Shown here: positions 13,113 through 26,211 of the stretch, piece after piece
How positions within the stretch are numbered: the stretch's first letter is position 1
Layout: the number at the start of each line of letters is the position of its first letter
Assembly (NCBI RefSeq): GCF_964355755.1
Contig: NC_092677.1
Location: forward strand, 9,508,101-9,572,100
Length of the DNA stretch: 64,000 bases
Reading direction: 5' to 3'
Source: Antedon mediterranea
Taxonomy: Eukaryota; Animalia; Echinodermata
Translations under genes and position numbers: made by a program
Notes under the pieces: generated by a model
Told to the model about the DNA's origin: nothing
Seen by the model: only the letters and a program-made list of their open reading frames with translations
Database searches by the model: none

Positions 13113-13748
13113 TTAAATAAAAATACTAACAAAAACATGATTACATTACGATTGAATACCGTACACTATACCGCCCACATCCGCCCGGTCGCACAATGAC
13201 AAGGAACTTGGAACCCCCACCATTAGTTATACATCATAACATAAATATAAACGTTTGTGATTGGTAACTATTTATCATGTTAATAAATACATAACAACGT
13301 ATTTATAACCTGCGTTAATTCCGATATTGTGTTAGGACGGGCATTTTGTCGAAACATTTCTCCATTTTTCAATTACAAAACTGTTAATATTGGTATGTAC
13401 TATAATATATTGCTGTAATATAAATAACCGTAGAGTAGGCCTACATCAAGGTAAGTTCTGAACCATAAAATCTATATTCCCCTAAAATCAACAGTAGGCC
13501 TAACTACTTTTAAAATAGAAAGCGTAGGCTACAAAAGACTGATTCCCGTAACGCGTCATTGAACCAATTGGACCTTCTCGACAGTTCTTACTCTCTACTA
13601 CATCGCCAATTGGACCTTCTCGACAGTTCTGGCTCTCTACATCATCACCAATTGCATTTTTCATTACTGCTGAAAATATAGGCCTACGGTAGATTTCAGT
13701 TTTTTTTCTCTCTTTATAGTGGTAATTACTGTACTACTGAAATTTAAG

Positions 13749-15348
13749 ATGCAATACCAGTTTACACAAGGTAAAGTAAAGGAAAGTCCCGTGTTTTTTT
13801 AGGAGCTCATTGTGTGGTAGGGCTAGTTCCTTTCCTTAGTATTTAGGTACTCATTTATAGAGTGCATGGGAGTTGAATCCGGGTCTTTCTGATTAACATT
13901 CAAGTGCCTATATCCACTAGACTACCGTACCGCAACTCTGCAAGGTACTGTATAGTCTTTACATAAAAACGCTCATAGTTGTGAGTGCGCCATCTTTGGT
14001 TTGGTAATCGACATTTATGGTGTTTAGTTTAATTGGAGGAAACCTCAAATGAATTATCTGTTTAATTATCTTAATACACCAGCTCAGGTCCAGATAAACC
14101 TTAAGTACCGATCAACAGAAATCAAAAGTCAGATATTGGACTGTTCCACTGGATGCTGCATCTATTGCCAAGAACATTCATGTGAGCATGCACCGTCAAG
14201 GTTGATAGTTGAGCTACCTTTGCGTAACGAGGATGAAGGTGGAATAGAAACTAAACTTACAAATAGACTGCTTATCGGAATGAAAAAAGGGTAACATTTT
14301 ATAAACCCAAAATGGATGATTACATAGAAATTGTACATTATTGCTGGGTTTCCATCGCAAAGGACGTACCTGTGCGCACCTCAAGCAATTTGACCATTCA
14401 CGACGTGATGAATCATACGAACCGTCGATTGTGATTGGTCAACTCACTTTCGTTGCGCTTACGTCCTTGCGTCCTAACTTAAGCGTGATATTCGAAATAC
14501 GAAAATTCTCCAAATAAAATGTTCATATTGAACATCTTACTACTACTCGTCACTATTATATTCAATCTATTACTAACAAATTGGATTTCATGACCTGAAC
14601 ATGGTGGCTATCAATACGTTTAATGAATCCATCTTCATTCACATTCTGGTTCCAACTATTACACCTACGTGCATTTAAGCCAAGGTGCGACGAAAGTTAA
14701 TAGACAGGATGAACCACCGTTCGTATTTTAAGTTTGGTTCCCACTAGGACGTAACGCAGTAAGTAATCATCCATCGTTTATGATTGGTCAAATTACGCCC
14801 TAGTGGAAATCAGTAATTACGTTCAATTACCTGCGGATAAGTACATTGAGTTTTACTGGAGACTTAAGTCTTATAGATTATTGACATGTATTCTTTTTTT
14901 CTACAGATTTCTCGTAGAATATGCTGCTGAAGGTTTGTATGCGAAGCGACGATGCGATACTCCAATCTACTATCACAGCTCACAATACCACATCAATCAT
15001 GATCCTATGAAAATTGAGAAAGACCAGTGGGTCAAAATCTTCGATTACCCTGCCTTCAAAAACCAATTCATTAGCTGGTATACCCGTAAACTCATAAAAT
15101 CAGACATAGAACCTTTCAAGCGACACAAGATTTTTTTCAGCTTTGGACAAAGATGGCAACCATATCTGGAAAAACACGAAGAGATGGGAGAAAACAGACC
15201 TCAGCCTACTGCGTTGGACTCCTGTTTAGTGTCAATGAGTCTCGTTCCACTGAATGCGAAAGAGATTGTCATGGCCACAGAGGCAGGTCGAAACTGTTCC
15301 GAGACCATTTCGATGGGTCTGAACCAGAACTTTTTGTCTTTTATTTAG
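13749..15348 (+). CDS. IRF-like protein 4: recent duplicate of gene 3, IAD only, truncated by a frameshift (possible pseudogene); ~223 aa
   Basis: Exons 13749-13770, 14083-14290 and 14907-15348 are near-identical to gene 3. A 1-nt deletion after LNQN gives FLSFI*. Decayed tail homology with further indels continues to ~15527. Confidence 0.75.
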
Positions 15349-18300
15349 AAGGATCATCGCAGGTGTGTTCTTCTCGACAGGATGGCACAGAATTGTCGAA
15401 GAAAAATTCAAGACCATGAACAAGCTAGGCAACCGTCACAAGAAAACATGATTCTGTAACAGAATAATCTTGACATTCTGGGCCTACAAGAACCGATCAA
15501 AACCCGACAAAATGATGTTATGCAACGATTGTTATGCAATTAAAAAATTCATAAAGTCGTTCGTTTCCTGTATGAGCGTACGTCGAGCGATACGTGTCTG
15601 TAAATTTCTAAGATTTGCAAATAAATTGCCGATTTTCACCTGAAAAATAAATACTATACCGAGTGAATGATCGGCGGTTCCACACAGAGCACGCGCATCT
15701 AACATAGGCCTACGGCAACAAATGTTGTCTTCCTTTAAATAGTCCACGTGTGTGAGGAGGGGGAAAAAAGTACGATCGGTAGCATGCTGCATGAGTGTTT
15801 TTTCCAGGCCAAATAGAGGTCCCCCCCCCCCCCCACAGTGACAGTGACCCAAATACTTGGTGTCCGAAACCGATTACGATTAATGTGTGTCAAACACTAT
15901 GTAATAATAGATGAAGAATAATAATAAATAAAATACAATTTACAATACAAAAACAATATACAGTGCTGTACGGCTAATTACGTAATATAGAAGAGACACG
16001 ACGATGACGCAATTATGGGACTGCTTCCTAGAGACCACATAGTAAAGGTGTGCCCCTACTGTATATTCACAAAGTTTGCAGACCACTCACTGCAATACTG
16101 TGGGCTTTTTGAGAAACAAATTGGTCTGTTATAGGCTTAAACATTAACAATCTTGTTATGATAAATTGGTCAAAAAGTCAAACGAATGATAAACGCATCC
16201 ACGGATTATTAACGCAGGTATAATTATTTATTAATGTTTTTGTGACGTTTCAGAAAAGGTTTCTCGTGTATGAAATCATAATAGATATACCAGTATATCA
16301 ACACAGAATCACTATATCATTCATTAGATGATTTACGCATGCGTGACATAAGGTTAATTACGAATCCCGTTGTCTGTCAACATACAGTATGACTGAATGG
16401 CTAAACAAAGCCTCAAATCGCTAACTAGGAACAACAGCCGTATAATTCTGTTTGTTAACCATAGCCTAGAGAATCACTGAGATAACAGAAATATGTTTTT
16501 ACACGGGGAACGATGATGACCCGAACCAAGGCATCGTAACAACACCACACCATCACCATCTACTGCAAGCCTACAGTAAGAATCGTGCGGTAAGTACGCA
16601 ATATCTTTGCTACTGTGTATTTGTGCATCATCTGAAATGTGGTCAAAATGTGTTTATGTATTATTAGATAATTCAATAAGGAAACATTACAACTGAGATA
16701 AAGCAATGAAGTGGTCCATTGAGGTACCTAGAAGCATAGGAATTAGTTTAGGTCCTCTATTATGGGTGAGGTGAGTGACCCATTGAGGTATCCATCATGA
16801 TCCATCTCTTATGTTACGTAATGTTGAATATTATCTAGGACAGTAGTTAATATTTTTCAAAGAAAGTTTGTGGGTCGCTGATTTCAACAGAAGTAAACTC
16901 GAGGTTCCTGGTTCGATTAAGATGAGTATCAAATAAACAGTTTAAGTTATACAATCTAGTATAGGCGTGTCTGTGTATAGGCCTATATTGTAGGATCCTA
17001 AGGTCTTTGTTCCGTCAGTGCTGATTGCCTGCGGCATCAACATATGCACAATTCCTGTTGTGCTATTCAGCAGAATGCACATTAAATTGATTATGATTAG
17101 TGGTAATGCATTTAATCTACTATTTGGTCAAATTATAATACTGTATCTTCTGATAATTACGGGGATAATTAACGTATATTCAAGATAACACGCTTTGCTG
17201 CTATGTATATGGGGCATATTACGTATTACTGCACTAAGGTATTATTGTTATCATGGAGCTTATTCTTTACTCCATGTTGTTATGTGGCATACTACTACTA
17301 CTACTACTACTACTACTAATTTAGACTACGTACTAGTATACAGCATCGTGGTTCACTAATTTCTATTCGCCGTATTCTGATTATAGCATGACGGATACAT
17401 TTTTCTGGTATTATTATTTTTTTCTGTTTATTGTTGATACTTACCATAAATATGCAGCAGTCGCGAGCATGCATAAAACAATGTTGCTTTCTGAGAGGAT
17501 AATGGTCGGAGATGGACGCTTAATTACCTGCTGTTGTTGTTTCTACTTATGTAAAAATGCAACATTTAGGCCTAGGCCTAATGTTATTTAATTTCCTCGT
17601 TAACTGCAGTGATCGTTGATTACGAATCAGAGAGTACGACAATTAACTGACATTACAGAAAAAATCGATTTGATTGAGAGTGGATTAATTACACGTTTCG
17701 CTGATTTTTATTCATTGAAACACTGATTTCACGGTCATTGAAAAGTAGCAAGTTTAGACCTCTACAGGTCAGAAAAATGATCTGGAATCTTTAATTACGA
17801 TACCGTAATTTAACCGTAAGTATTGCGTCATGCAGCGAATGTGCGCGGGTCGCGTCATTTCATCAAAAATGTACCGTACACCATACGAAAATCCGCAAGA
17901 TCAACCAAAAACGGCACATTGTCCACTATAGTCTACTTTTTCTTGCTTGATTAAATTAAAAACAGTAACTCGGTTTTGGTAATTGGTTGTTATGACTTGT
18001 GTTAGCCTATAATATTATATTCTCTGATAGAACATCTCTATATTATTTTCCATAATTGTTTTATGCGTTCGTCACAATAACTTAAATACATTTGTGTATG
18101 ATTTGCATATTAATAGGCCTAATAATAATATATTTATACCCGCAATAAACTCATTATTTATAAAATTCATCATGCGTGCGGAAAATTAGGCCTACTCCGA
18201 TTCATACATCACCTCTCAGGGACTCTGGTATTGTTGTGGTTGCTACTACAATAAAACTATGACCATGAAGGTACACTGAAAAGCTCTTAGTTTGGCCAAG

Positions 18301-19740
18301 TTTCGTAATTATTTTTGGCTGAACACTTCAGGTTGAGGATATTGTTGTCAATAACAAAGTCCTTTTTGTGGTTGGTTTGTGAATTATGTGTGTTTATAAA
18401 ATGACGATATTGGCCTACAATGTTATCAAAATGAGCAGAATATTTCGTTAGTGTAGATAGCTAGTTCAAATATTGATAAATTACAATTTGGAAAGTAATT
18501 TGTTATCACGCCTTTTTTGTTTAAAATAATACCGTACTTTTTATAGGGAACCTTTGGAACCCAACACAGTGTTTTAATAGTGTTCCCTGAATAGGGATTT
18601 TCCGTGTTGTGTACAGTCTGTGGTTAAACATTGCCTCTCGTCACTGAATATGGTGTGTGTGTAATGCATAATAGTTCAATATGATATAAATCAAATATAA
18701 AATGCGTTATTAACATTGGGAGTGGACAACATATACGGGTAGGAAATAACCAATCCCCATATAATTCTATGATCCATAACCCACATATTAAATAATAAGA
18801 TATGTGACACACCCTTCACACAAGGCCCCTTCAGTCACTGAGCCATGTCTCCATTGACTGTAAGGATACACTCTCTCCATAAGCCGAAGGATTCGTCAAT
18901 ATTTTCGTTGTCTTGACAACGTATACTATGGAATGTGGGTTGGATTAAGCGCTGTGTAACGATTCAATAAGTTGGTGCTAAGTATTGTTATGTTACATAG
19001 TTCTCGTACATGCATTGTGCAGTACACTAAAGCTCGATCGTGTACATAGTAAAAATACAACTGTAATAAACAATTCGTATTGTTGCGTGCGTTGTGTTGC
19101 GGTTATCTCGCTAATCTATGGTTTATCTTCGATATATTCTTGGGATCTATTGTTTGATTATGGAAATATCGCTTTATGGTTTGAGATACGGTGCTGTAAG
19201 TAGTCTGTGATACTATACCTTTTCGAATGATTTCAATCGTGTGTTGGTTAGCTGCAGTACAAGCTAAGTGTTAACATATTATTCGCATTTCCCAAGTGAG
19301 TTAGAAGTTAGTACTACATACCTGGGGATTAACAGAATTGAATCCACAAACCAACCATAACAGGTAAGAATATCCTCGCATATAGTTCTGTGTCCAGTCG
19401 ATGTCTGTTAAAAAAGCCGATCTGGTTGCATTGTTGATGCAGCCTTTGTATTCATAGTAAGGAACTGGTCGAAAGGGACATCACATACATATTGTAATTC
19501 TGTTGTGTGTGTAAATAGGATTTTACCGTAAGTTATAGTGTCTTACATAGACTCTCAGTCCTAACCCTATACCAGCGAGTTCTCTTGAGATCTCAACACC
19601 TCCTCTCCTAGGATCTCCTATTGGTTTAGTTTGGATGTCAACTTACAGGATGATGATTGCGACCATACTTTTTACCCTCTTTACATCATAAAATTGCATT
19701 AATTAAATGACGTTTTCTCTATTTTAAAGATATCAGTAAC

Positions 19741-20987
19741 ATGGGATATGACGTTGATAGATTTGTTAGCAGTGTGAACGACGGCTTGTTGTGCTGTATT
19801 TGTCGAGACGTGCTGGAAGATCCTCTTCAATCTCCGTGTGAACACGCTTACTGCCGCTCTTGTATACAAGGTTGGCTGGTTCACGAGCAAGTTTGTCCAG
19901 AAGATCGTCAAAGTCTTCTCGAGTCACAACTAAAACCTTTATTTCGATACATGCGCAACGATCTTAATAATCTTCGCATCCGCTGTCTGAATCGCGACAA
20001 CGGCTGCGAGTTTACAACTGAACTCGAGAACCTCGCACGCCACGAGAGTGCGTGTGAATTCGGTACGCTCAATTGTCCGAATAAGAATTGTCCAGTTGTT
20101 ATGGAGCGACGAGAGCTTGATATTCACCTTGTGTCTTGTGAATACACAACGAAACAATGTCCGAAAGGTTGTGGTCTGACAATTCTAAGCTCTGATCACG
20201 ACTCCCATAATTGCGTAGGGGAGCTAAGGACGGAACTTGAACTATTAAGGTCAGAAATGATATGTAAACTGGAAGATCAACGTCATGAAAGCAAATTAAG
20301 ACTAGATTCACAACGAACTCATATGGTGCAGAAGATCAGTGGCATGCAACAAAATGTTGACGAACTTCGTGGTAAGTAGAAATCTTAGAATAAACACTAT
20401 CGGATGATTTATGGTTTGGAGAGCCCCGGGTGACCCGAGCTTCTGGTATCCCAACCCTTTTCAAAGTCCGAATAAAAAAGAGAAAAGAAAGCTAGGCAGG
20501 ACCAAGTCTTTGACATAAGGACTCCCGTCTATATCAACTTCCTAAATCGGCTCCTGAACATGATACGAAAGGTTAACAGAGTCCCGATCCTAAATGGCTA
20601 CCTGAATTCTAATCCATATCCATCTGCAGTTTCGAATTTCAAAAGAAGTCCAGGCCAAAATTATTGTGGAATGTGTACGGTGTCTGATGTGCTCATACAC
20701 CTACTACAGTAAGGGTACCAGAAGTCATAGACACCGTGTGTCTTCTTCAACAGCCCAATGCTTCAGACGCCGTTCTCTCATTTTCTTCCACAGGACAACT
20801 CTCTAATTTACAACACGAAGTCCGGTTGCTAAACGCTATGGAACGGAAACGCCGCCAAGACATGGAAAGGATGGAATTGGAAAAGAAAGAACTGATCGAG
20901 TTATTACAAGCCATTCGATTAGAAAATGAAACAGCAAAGAGTACATGTCGACAATGTAAAAGAAACGAACGAATCACGTCTATATAG
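19741..20987 (+). CDS. RING-finger E3 ubiquitin ligase, RNF41(NRDP1)/RNF151-like: RING, TRAF-type Zn fingers, coiled coil; ~274 aa
   Basis: Exons 19741-20371 and 20794-20987 (phase 1). MGYDVDRF...CCICRDVLEDPLQSPCEHAYCRSCIQGW...CPEDR resembles the RNF41 N-terminus (MGYDVTRF...CEHAFC...CPVDR). The C-terminal USP8-interacting domain is not seen; the protein ends ...RITSI*. Confidence 0.88.
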
Positions 20988-22750
20988 GAAAAAGGTATGG
21001 ACAATGATATAGGTAAAGTAAAAATAATTCAATTCAAACACAGTGATCAATATGTATAATTGCCGGCTTGATAAACCGCCTGTGATATACTGGAAATTAA
21101 TACATTTTTCCAAACGGCTAATGATGAAATTTGCGATAATAAGAAAAAACCCAACCGTGATTCGACCCCTGAATCTGCTTCGGAAGTAATGCAGGCATCT
21201 GAAACATTCATTATGGTTCAAATTCGTCTGTCGAAAATAATGTATGATAATAATATATATATGAAATCTGTTTCCTGCTAAACATTCGAACGTCTTCGCA
21301 GTCTCGCTTCTGGCTATGTGGTGCACATCTCAAGTGACAAACTTAGTAACTATAATTAATTAATATAAAAACACACAATATTTCCTTCAAAACCCCTCTC
21401 TCCAATCTCCAAAACCAGACATCACATGTTTTAAATAAAAGGACCATTATTCACATTAAACTATGCGAAACGAGCAGTTTCATGCTTTTTTTCAGACGAA
21501 CATACTTCTTAAATTTATGTGTATCATAACATAATTCACAAGATAAAGATATCATTGTTGTTAAGCTTGATTCGGAATGTTAAACATTCGTTTCAATGCC
21601 ACGTACGGGTCAACAGGGTTACTGTTCAAAATTGTTAAATATATACACGTATTCCAGGTTAAGCCCTCGCTAACAATTTCATAAACAAGAACTTGAAGTG
21701 CAACCGACCGAAAATGATTACGTCATTACGCCAATGTTTAAAACTGTAGTGTAAGCCAGGGAAGAGTGTAGTGCAATTTCATTCCTTCCCCGAATAAGCA
21801 AGCATCCATATTTGTTTGTAAATAAGCATTTATATTTATGCCACAATGACCGAAATCATATGGTAAAGTAGATAGGACTCTCAATTGGAGGAATCTCAAT
21901 GATTGGACTTGATCAATATCATGATAAGTATACAAAAAAGCCAATGAAAATTAACCACAGTAATTTATACTTAATATTTTAAACAAATTGAAATTGTCCT
22001 TTAGAGTAGATTGAAATAATTGTGCTATTATTAGATATGACTTGATCAATATCACTACAGTATAACTAAGTATACAGAAAAACACCAGAAATAACCAAAG
22101 TGGTTAGTAATAGTATCGTAACAAAAATTAAGTTTCCTATTGTCCTTTTCAATATATCGAAATCATTGCGGTTTTAAATTAGATAAGACTTGATCGATAT
22201 CGTTATAATGAAGAATATAAACATCAACCAAAACAACCACCACAGTGGTGAGTAAATTTTGTAACAAATTCAATTTCCTATTCTCCTTTCAGATCGGATC
22301 GAAATCATAAGAAAGAATAGAAAAACACTGAAAACAACCACAGTGGCTTTAATTATTGTAACAAATTCATCTGTCTATTGTACTTTTTACACCTGCTTTG
22401 AATGCGATTACAAATAATGACCTTCGTCAAAGTATCTATCTAAAATACGTTTTTTGTTAAGGTTTATTGTTTATTGGCTACAGTAAAAGACAATATGTTT
22501 ACTTTCTCTTTCAAACAAGTAGTCGCACAAAAGGCATAATATATGATTTAGTATTTACAGTAGTATTACATATCTATATTAAATATGTATCGTAAATATT
22601 GAATTTATTGCAAACGTACATAATATGAAATTATTGGAATATGATAACCTATGTTCAAAAGTACCATGCCTCATACATTTATTTTCTGGGACTAACAACT
22701 AAGAACTTCTTTGCTTGGCTTATTTGACAACCTAGTACGTTTTCACTTAA

Positions 22751-23375
22751 AGCCCCATTCCCTACGTTTTTTAGATCTAATTTAAGATCACAAACTATAT
22801 TTAATGTAAAAATAATACTATATGGTCCTATTGCGATAACTTTTTTCGTCTTTAAACGGTTATAAATGTGAAAAATAAATCGATTTTAATAATTATAGCG
22901 GCCCGCTATAAATCCCAAAATGCATTGCGCGCGGATTGATATTGTTGTTTTTCACCTGTAATTCGCCCACTTTTCGATCGATCGTGAAGCCAAAACAAAT
23001 GGAAGACTCTAACTTTTCAGCGAAAATACCGGGTTTTCCCCAATTTGTATCAACGGAGTCTGGCAAAAATAGAAAGACAATTAATGCAGCAACTATACAA
23101 CGTCAGGCTAGGTATATAGCTAGCGTACGATGTTCGTACGTTACCGATGTTTACCAGCTAGGCCTACAAAACTAAGCCTAGCTAGGCTAGGCCTGAGACC
23201 GTCCACGAGAGGTCGATCGCCGCGAGCTACTTAGGTAGTGCATTGTTTCTCACTTTTTATCATAATTTACCATAAAACGTACATTTAAGACAAGGAATGA
23301 CATGGTTTAATGTTTTTAAAGTGATATATATGTATTATTTTCCAAAAAACGTCCAAAATTGCAGGGAAGGGGTCT
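22751..23375. mobile_element. Non-autonomous Kolobok-like DNA transposon (TTAA TSD), second family
   Basis: TTAA|AGCCCCATTCCCTAC ... GCAGGGAAGGGGTCT|TTAA imperfect TIRs with AG...CT termini; internal palindrome TTATAGCGGCCCGCTATAA near 22893-22911. Confidence 0.7.
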
Positions 23376-25867
23376 TTAACATAATTTTTGTGGAATTGTT
23401 AACGTTGACATTACTGTAAAATATCTCTTTAGACGTGAACATACCATACCATATATACACAATGGTTATTAACATAAGCCTATCCTTTTCTACATATTCA
23501 ACAAATTCGCGAGGTCACAAAAGCTAATACTGTACACATAAAATCATAATCCTCCAAGGATAAAATGTACGCGTTCAGAGGTCAAATGTCAAATGAATAA
23601 ATATGAAATCACCAATCATGTAGTCCTAATGTAACGATGTTATGATTTAAATATTGATTTATATGCAACACGTGATGTGTAGTACGTTCGAAAATAATAA
23701 CAATTTTGAATGGAATTATATTTAATCATGTTAGTATAATAACTCACGGGATTAGTAGTATGTAAATAGACCCCATACTACTTTTTTAAACGCCAAGTTT
23801 AACCATAAAGATTGATGAGAAACATTTTGTTTACTTGGTAACAAGGGCATGACGCAGTTAAGCAATAAAACATGTTGATACATAACATAGGCCTAATAAT
23901 ATAAGTATGTGTGTATAGGGAATAACAGACGGAAATAGAATACATTAGGCCCCCTATCAGAACTGAAATTTCAACAAAGTTAGCAAGTACTGTGCAAATT
24001 CAAAGTAGGATAATTTCGAGCGTTTATGCAAATTTCCATTTCGTTTTAAACTTTTAAAAACTGGATTTTTACAATAAAATGTAAAGACCAATAGGGTATT
24101 CAACTTTTTTTGTTATATCATTTAAAGACATTAACTAAAGATATATATTCTTTATATTTCTTTTACAGATTGGGGTGATTTTTAAACTTAGTACATGTAC
24201 CTGAAACGAACGAATTGCACCATGGTAGGTACAGTAGGTGTACCCTACCATAGAAGACTACAAATGGTAAAAGATAGCCCATCAACTCGGCCAAAGTCAA
24301 GTCGACTCCAAGTCAAATCGGCCTCAAGTCAACTACAAAGCATGTCACAGCATCAAACAACTCAGAACGTTGGGAATAATTGCAATACATTAAAACGAGT
24401 AGATTATTCATCAGGACTGACCACACGATCCAGGCACAGCCTCTACATGATTAGGATTGGTCTTTCTCTTTATGTTAATGTGGCATGATGGAGAGGGCCG
24501 GGAATTAATTAATTTAACCAATTGTGGCGTTCACATTTAATTATATATATTAAAAGGAGATATAACCACGGAGGAACTATTCTTCTATGTTATATTCACT
24601 AATTCACTTCCTTTCATTAATGTACTGTATTTCTACGAATTGTTAATTAATGTTATTTATTTATTGCACAATAATATAATATGTTTACTTTAGTTGTACT
24701 AATTTGTCTGTAACGTATATAATGTAAATATCTATGTCATGAGCCACTGGTTATAAATCTTGAGAAACATTAATATGGGGTTTGGTCAATAGATTTCTTT
24801 AAAATTTGAGCAGCAAAAAAAAGGTAAACCTGGGTCAACTTGTAACACTGTTTAAGACCCGTCTGTAATAATAGATTGTGAGGGTCTAGTAGTGCATAGA
24901 GATATTATAGTGAACTAAAATATCTCTACGAGTGGTGCCATCATCTACACCCTCTGATTCATCATCTACACCCTCTGATTTCTAAATCTGATTTCGATAG
25001 GCTAAATGCTAATAGTACCTTTCATTACAATACTGTAATGCAGCAGTCTGTGTCTGATTAACACAATATGCTTTTAAAAATGCAATGGTCTATTTCTGAC
25101 CGACACTGTAACATGTATCTGTTACTGTATTTATATATTGTTTTATAAGATTTTAGCTCATTATCAATCAATTGTTACCACATTTAAAACACGATCTTTC
25201 ACATATTTTTTTAGTATTTATTATCAGTGTTTGTAATTAGTACACTTCAAATTGTTTAATAATTGTAAAAACTTGAATGCATATCTACATAACCCACCTT
25301 TTCTAAACTGGTGCTTCAATTGATTCTTTCAGTGATTCTGTATTCCTTCCATGTTATATCTCAATGTATGTAGCGTTTTGTCTTCATTACAAATGTTTGT
25401 TATCCATTTAATAAAACAGGGATAAAAATATTTTACTTTGTTAGTACGCCTGTGTCAACCGACTTACAGCAGTTAAGGTCTTCTTCTAATTGAAAAACAC
25501 CTTTGGTTTTAGTGATTTTTTAGGTTGAAATAACAATAACAAACAATTAATACTGGTGTCGAAAACATCCTGCAGAACTTCTATCAACAAGCAAAGTGCA
25601 AATGTTGACGATTAAATTATTGACGATGATAGCAAGCATTTCTGTTATTATACTTACCGTGACGTCATAAACAAAACTTCTTTAATACAAAATCATTTTT
25701 TTTTTTCAAATGTACATTTATATCTCTTTTATTCTAAGTACAAATTTTACATCAAGTTTTTACTTAATGTTGTTAAAAAATAATCTGGGATTTTCTTGTT
25801 TGACAAAAATTGTTTCAATATCTTGAAAATGGGTTTCTCGTTGTATATGTATATATATCTTTCTATC

Positions 25868-26211
25868 GTTTCTCATTCACGTACAGATTGTTCTAAAGCA
25901 GACGCTTGACAAAAAATTCCTCTTTGTTTTTTACCAAATTGTTATCATTCGTAATATAAATTACTCGGCCGACGTAAACACATGATCCCGCTAGTTTCTC
26001 ATTCACGTAGAGATTGTCCTAAAGCGGACGCTTAACATAACATTCCTCTTTGTTATCATTTGTAGTATAAAATACTTGGCCGACGTAAACACATGATCCT
26101 GCTAGTTTCTCATTCACGTAGAGATTGTCCTAAAGCGGACACTTGACAAAATATTCCTCTTTGTTATCATTCGTAGTATAAAATACTATGCCGACGTAAA
26201 CACATGATCCT
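25868..26211. repeat. Three-copy ~110-bp tandem repeat downstream of the VIRMA stop (possibly 3' UTR)
   Basis: GTTTCTCATTCACGTA...GCCGACGTAAACACATGATCC repeated three times. Confidence 0.85.

Noticed and set aside
1838-15348. SMAD MH2 assignment for the four paralogs (KIF and SF..GW motifs)
   Set aside because: YA.RRC..[IV].[YF], L.I.L.YR, GC.IY, FGQ.W and VP..A plus LxIS fit the IRF IAD better, and there is no C-terminal SSxS. The shared fold explains the resemblance.
16380-19700. Splice-donor-like sites (~16590, ~17816, ~19363) and short ORFs upstream of the RING gene
   Set aside because: Possibly 5' UTR exons, but they cannot be delimited from sequence alone and the ORFs have no recognisable homology.
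24195-24488. 97-aa ORF between the RING gene and VIRMA
   Set aside because: No recognisable domain; includes repeat-like AAGTCAACTC segments; no supporting gene structure.
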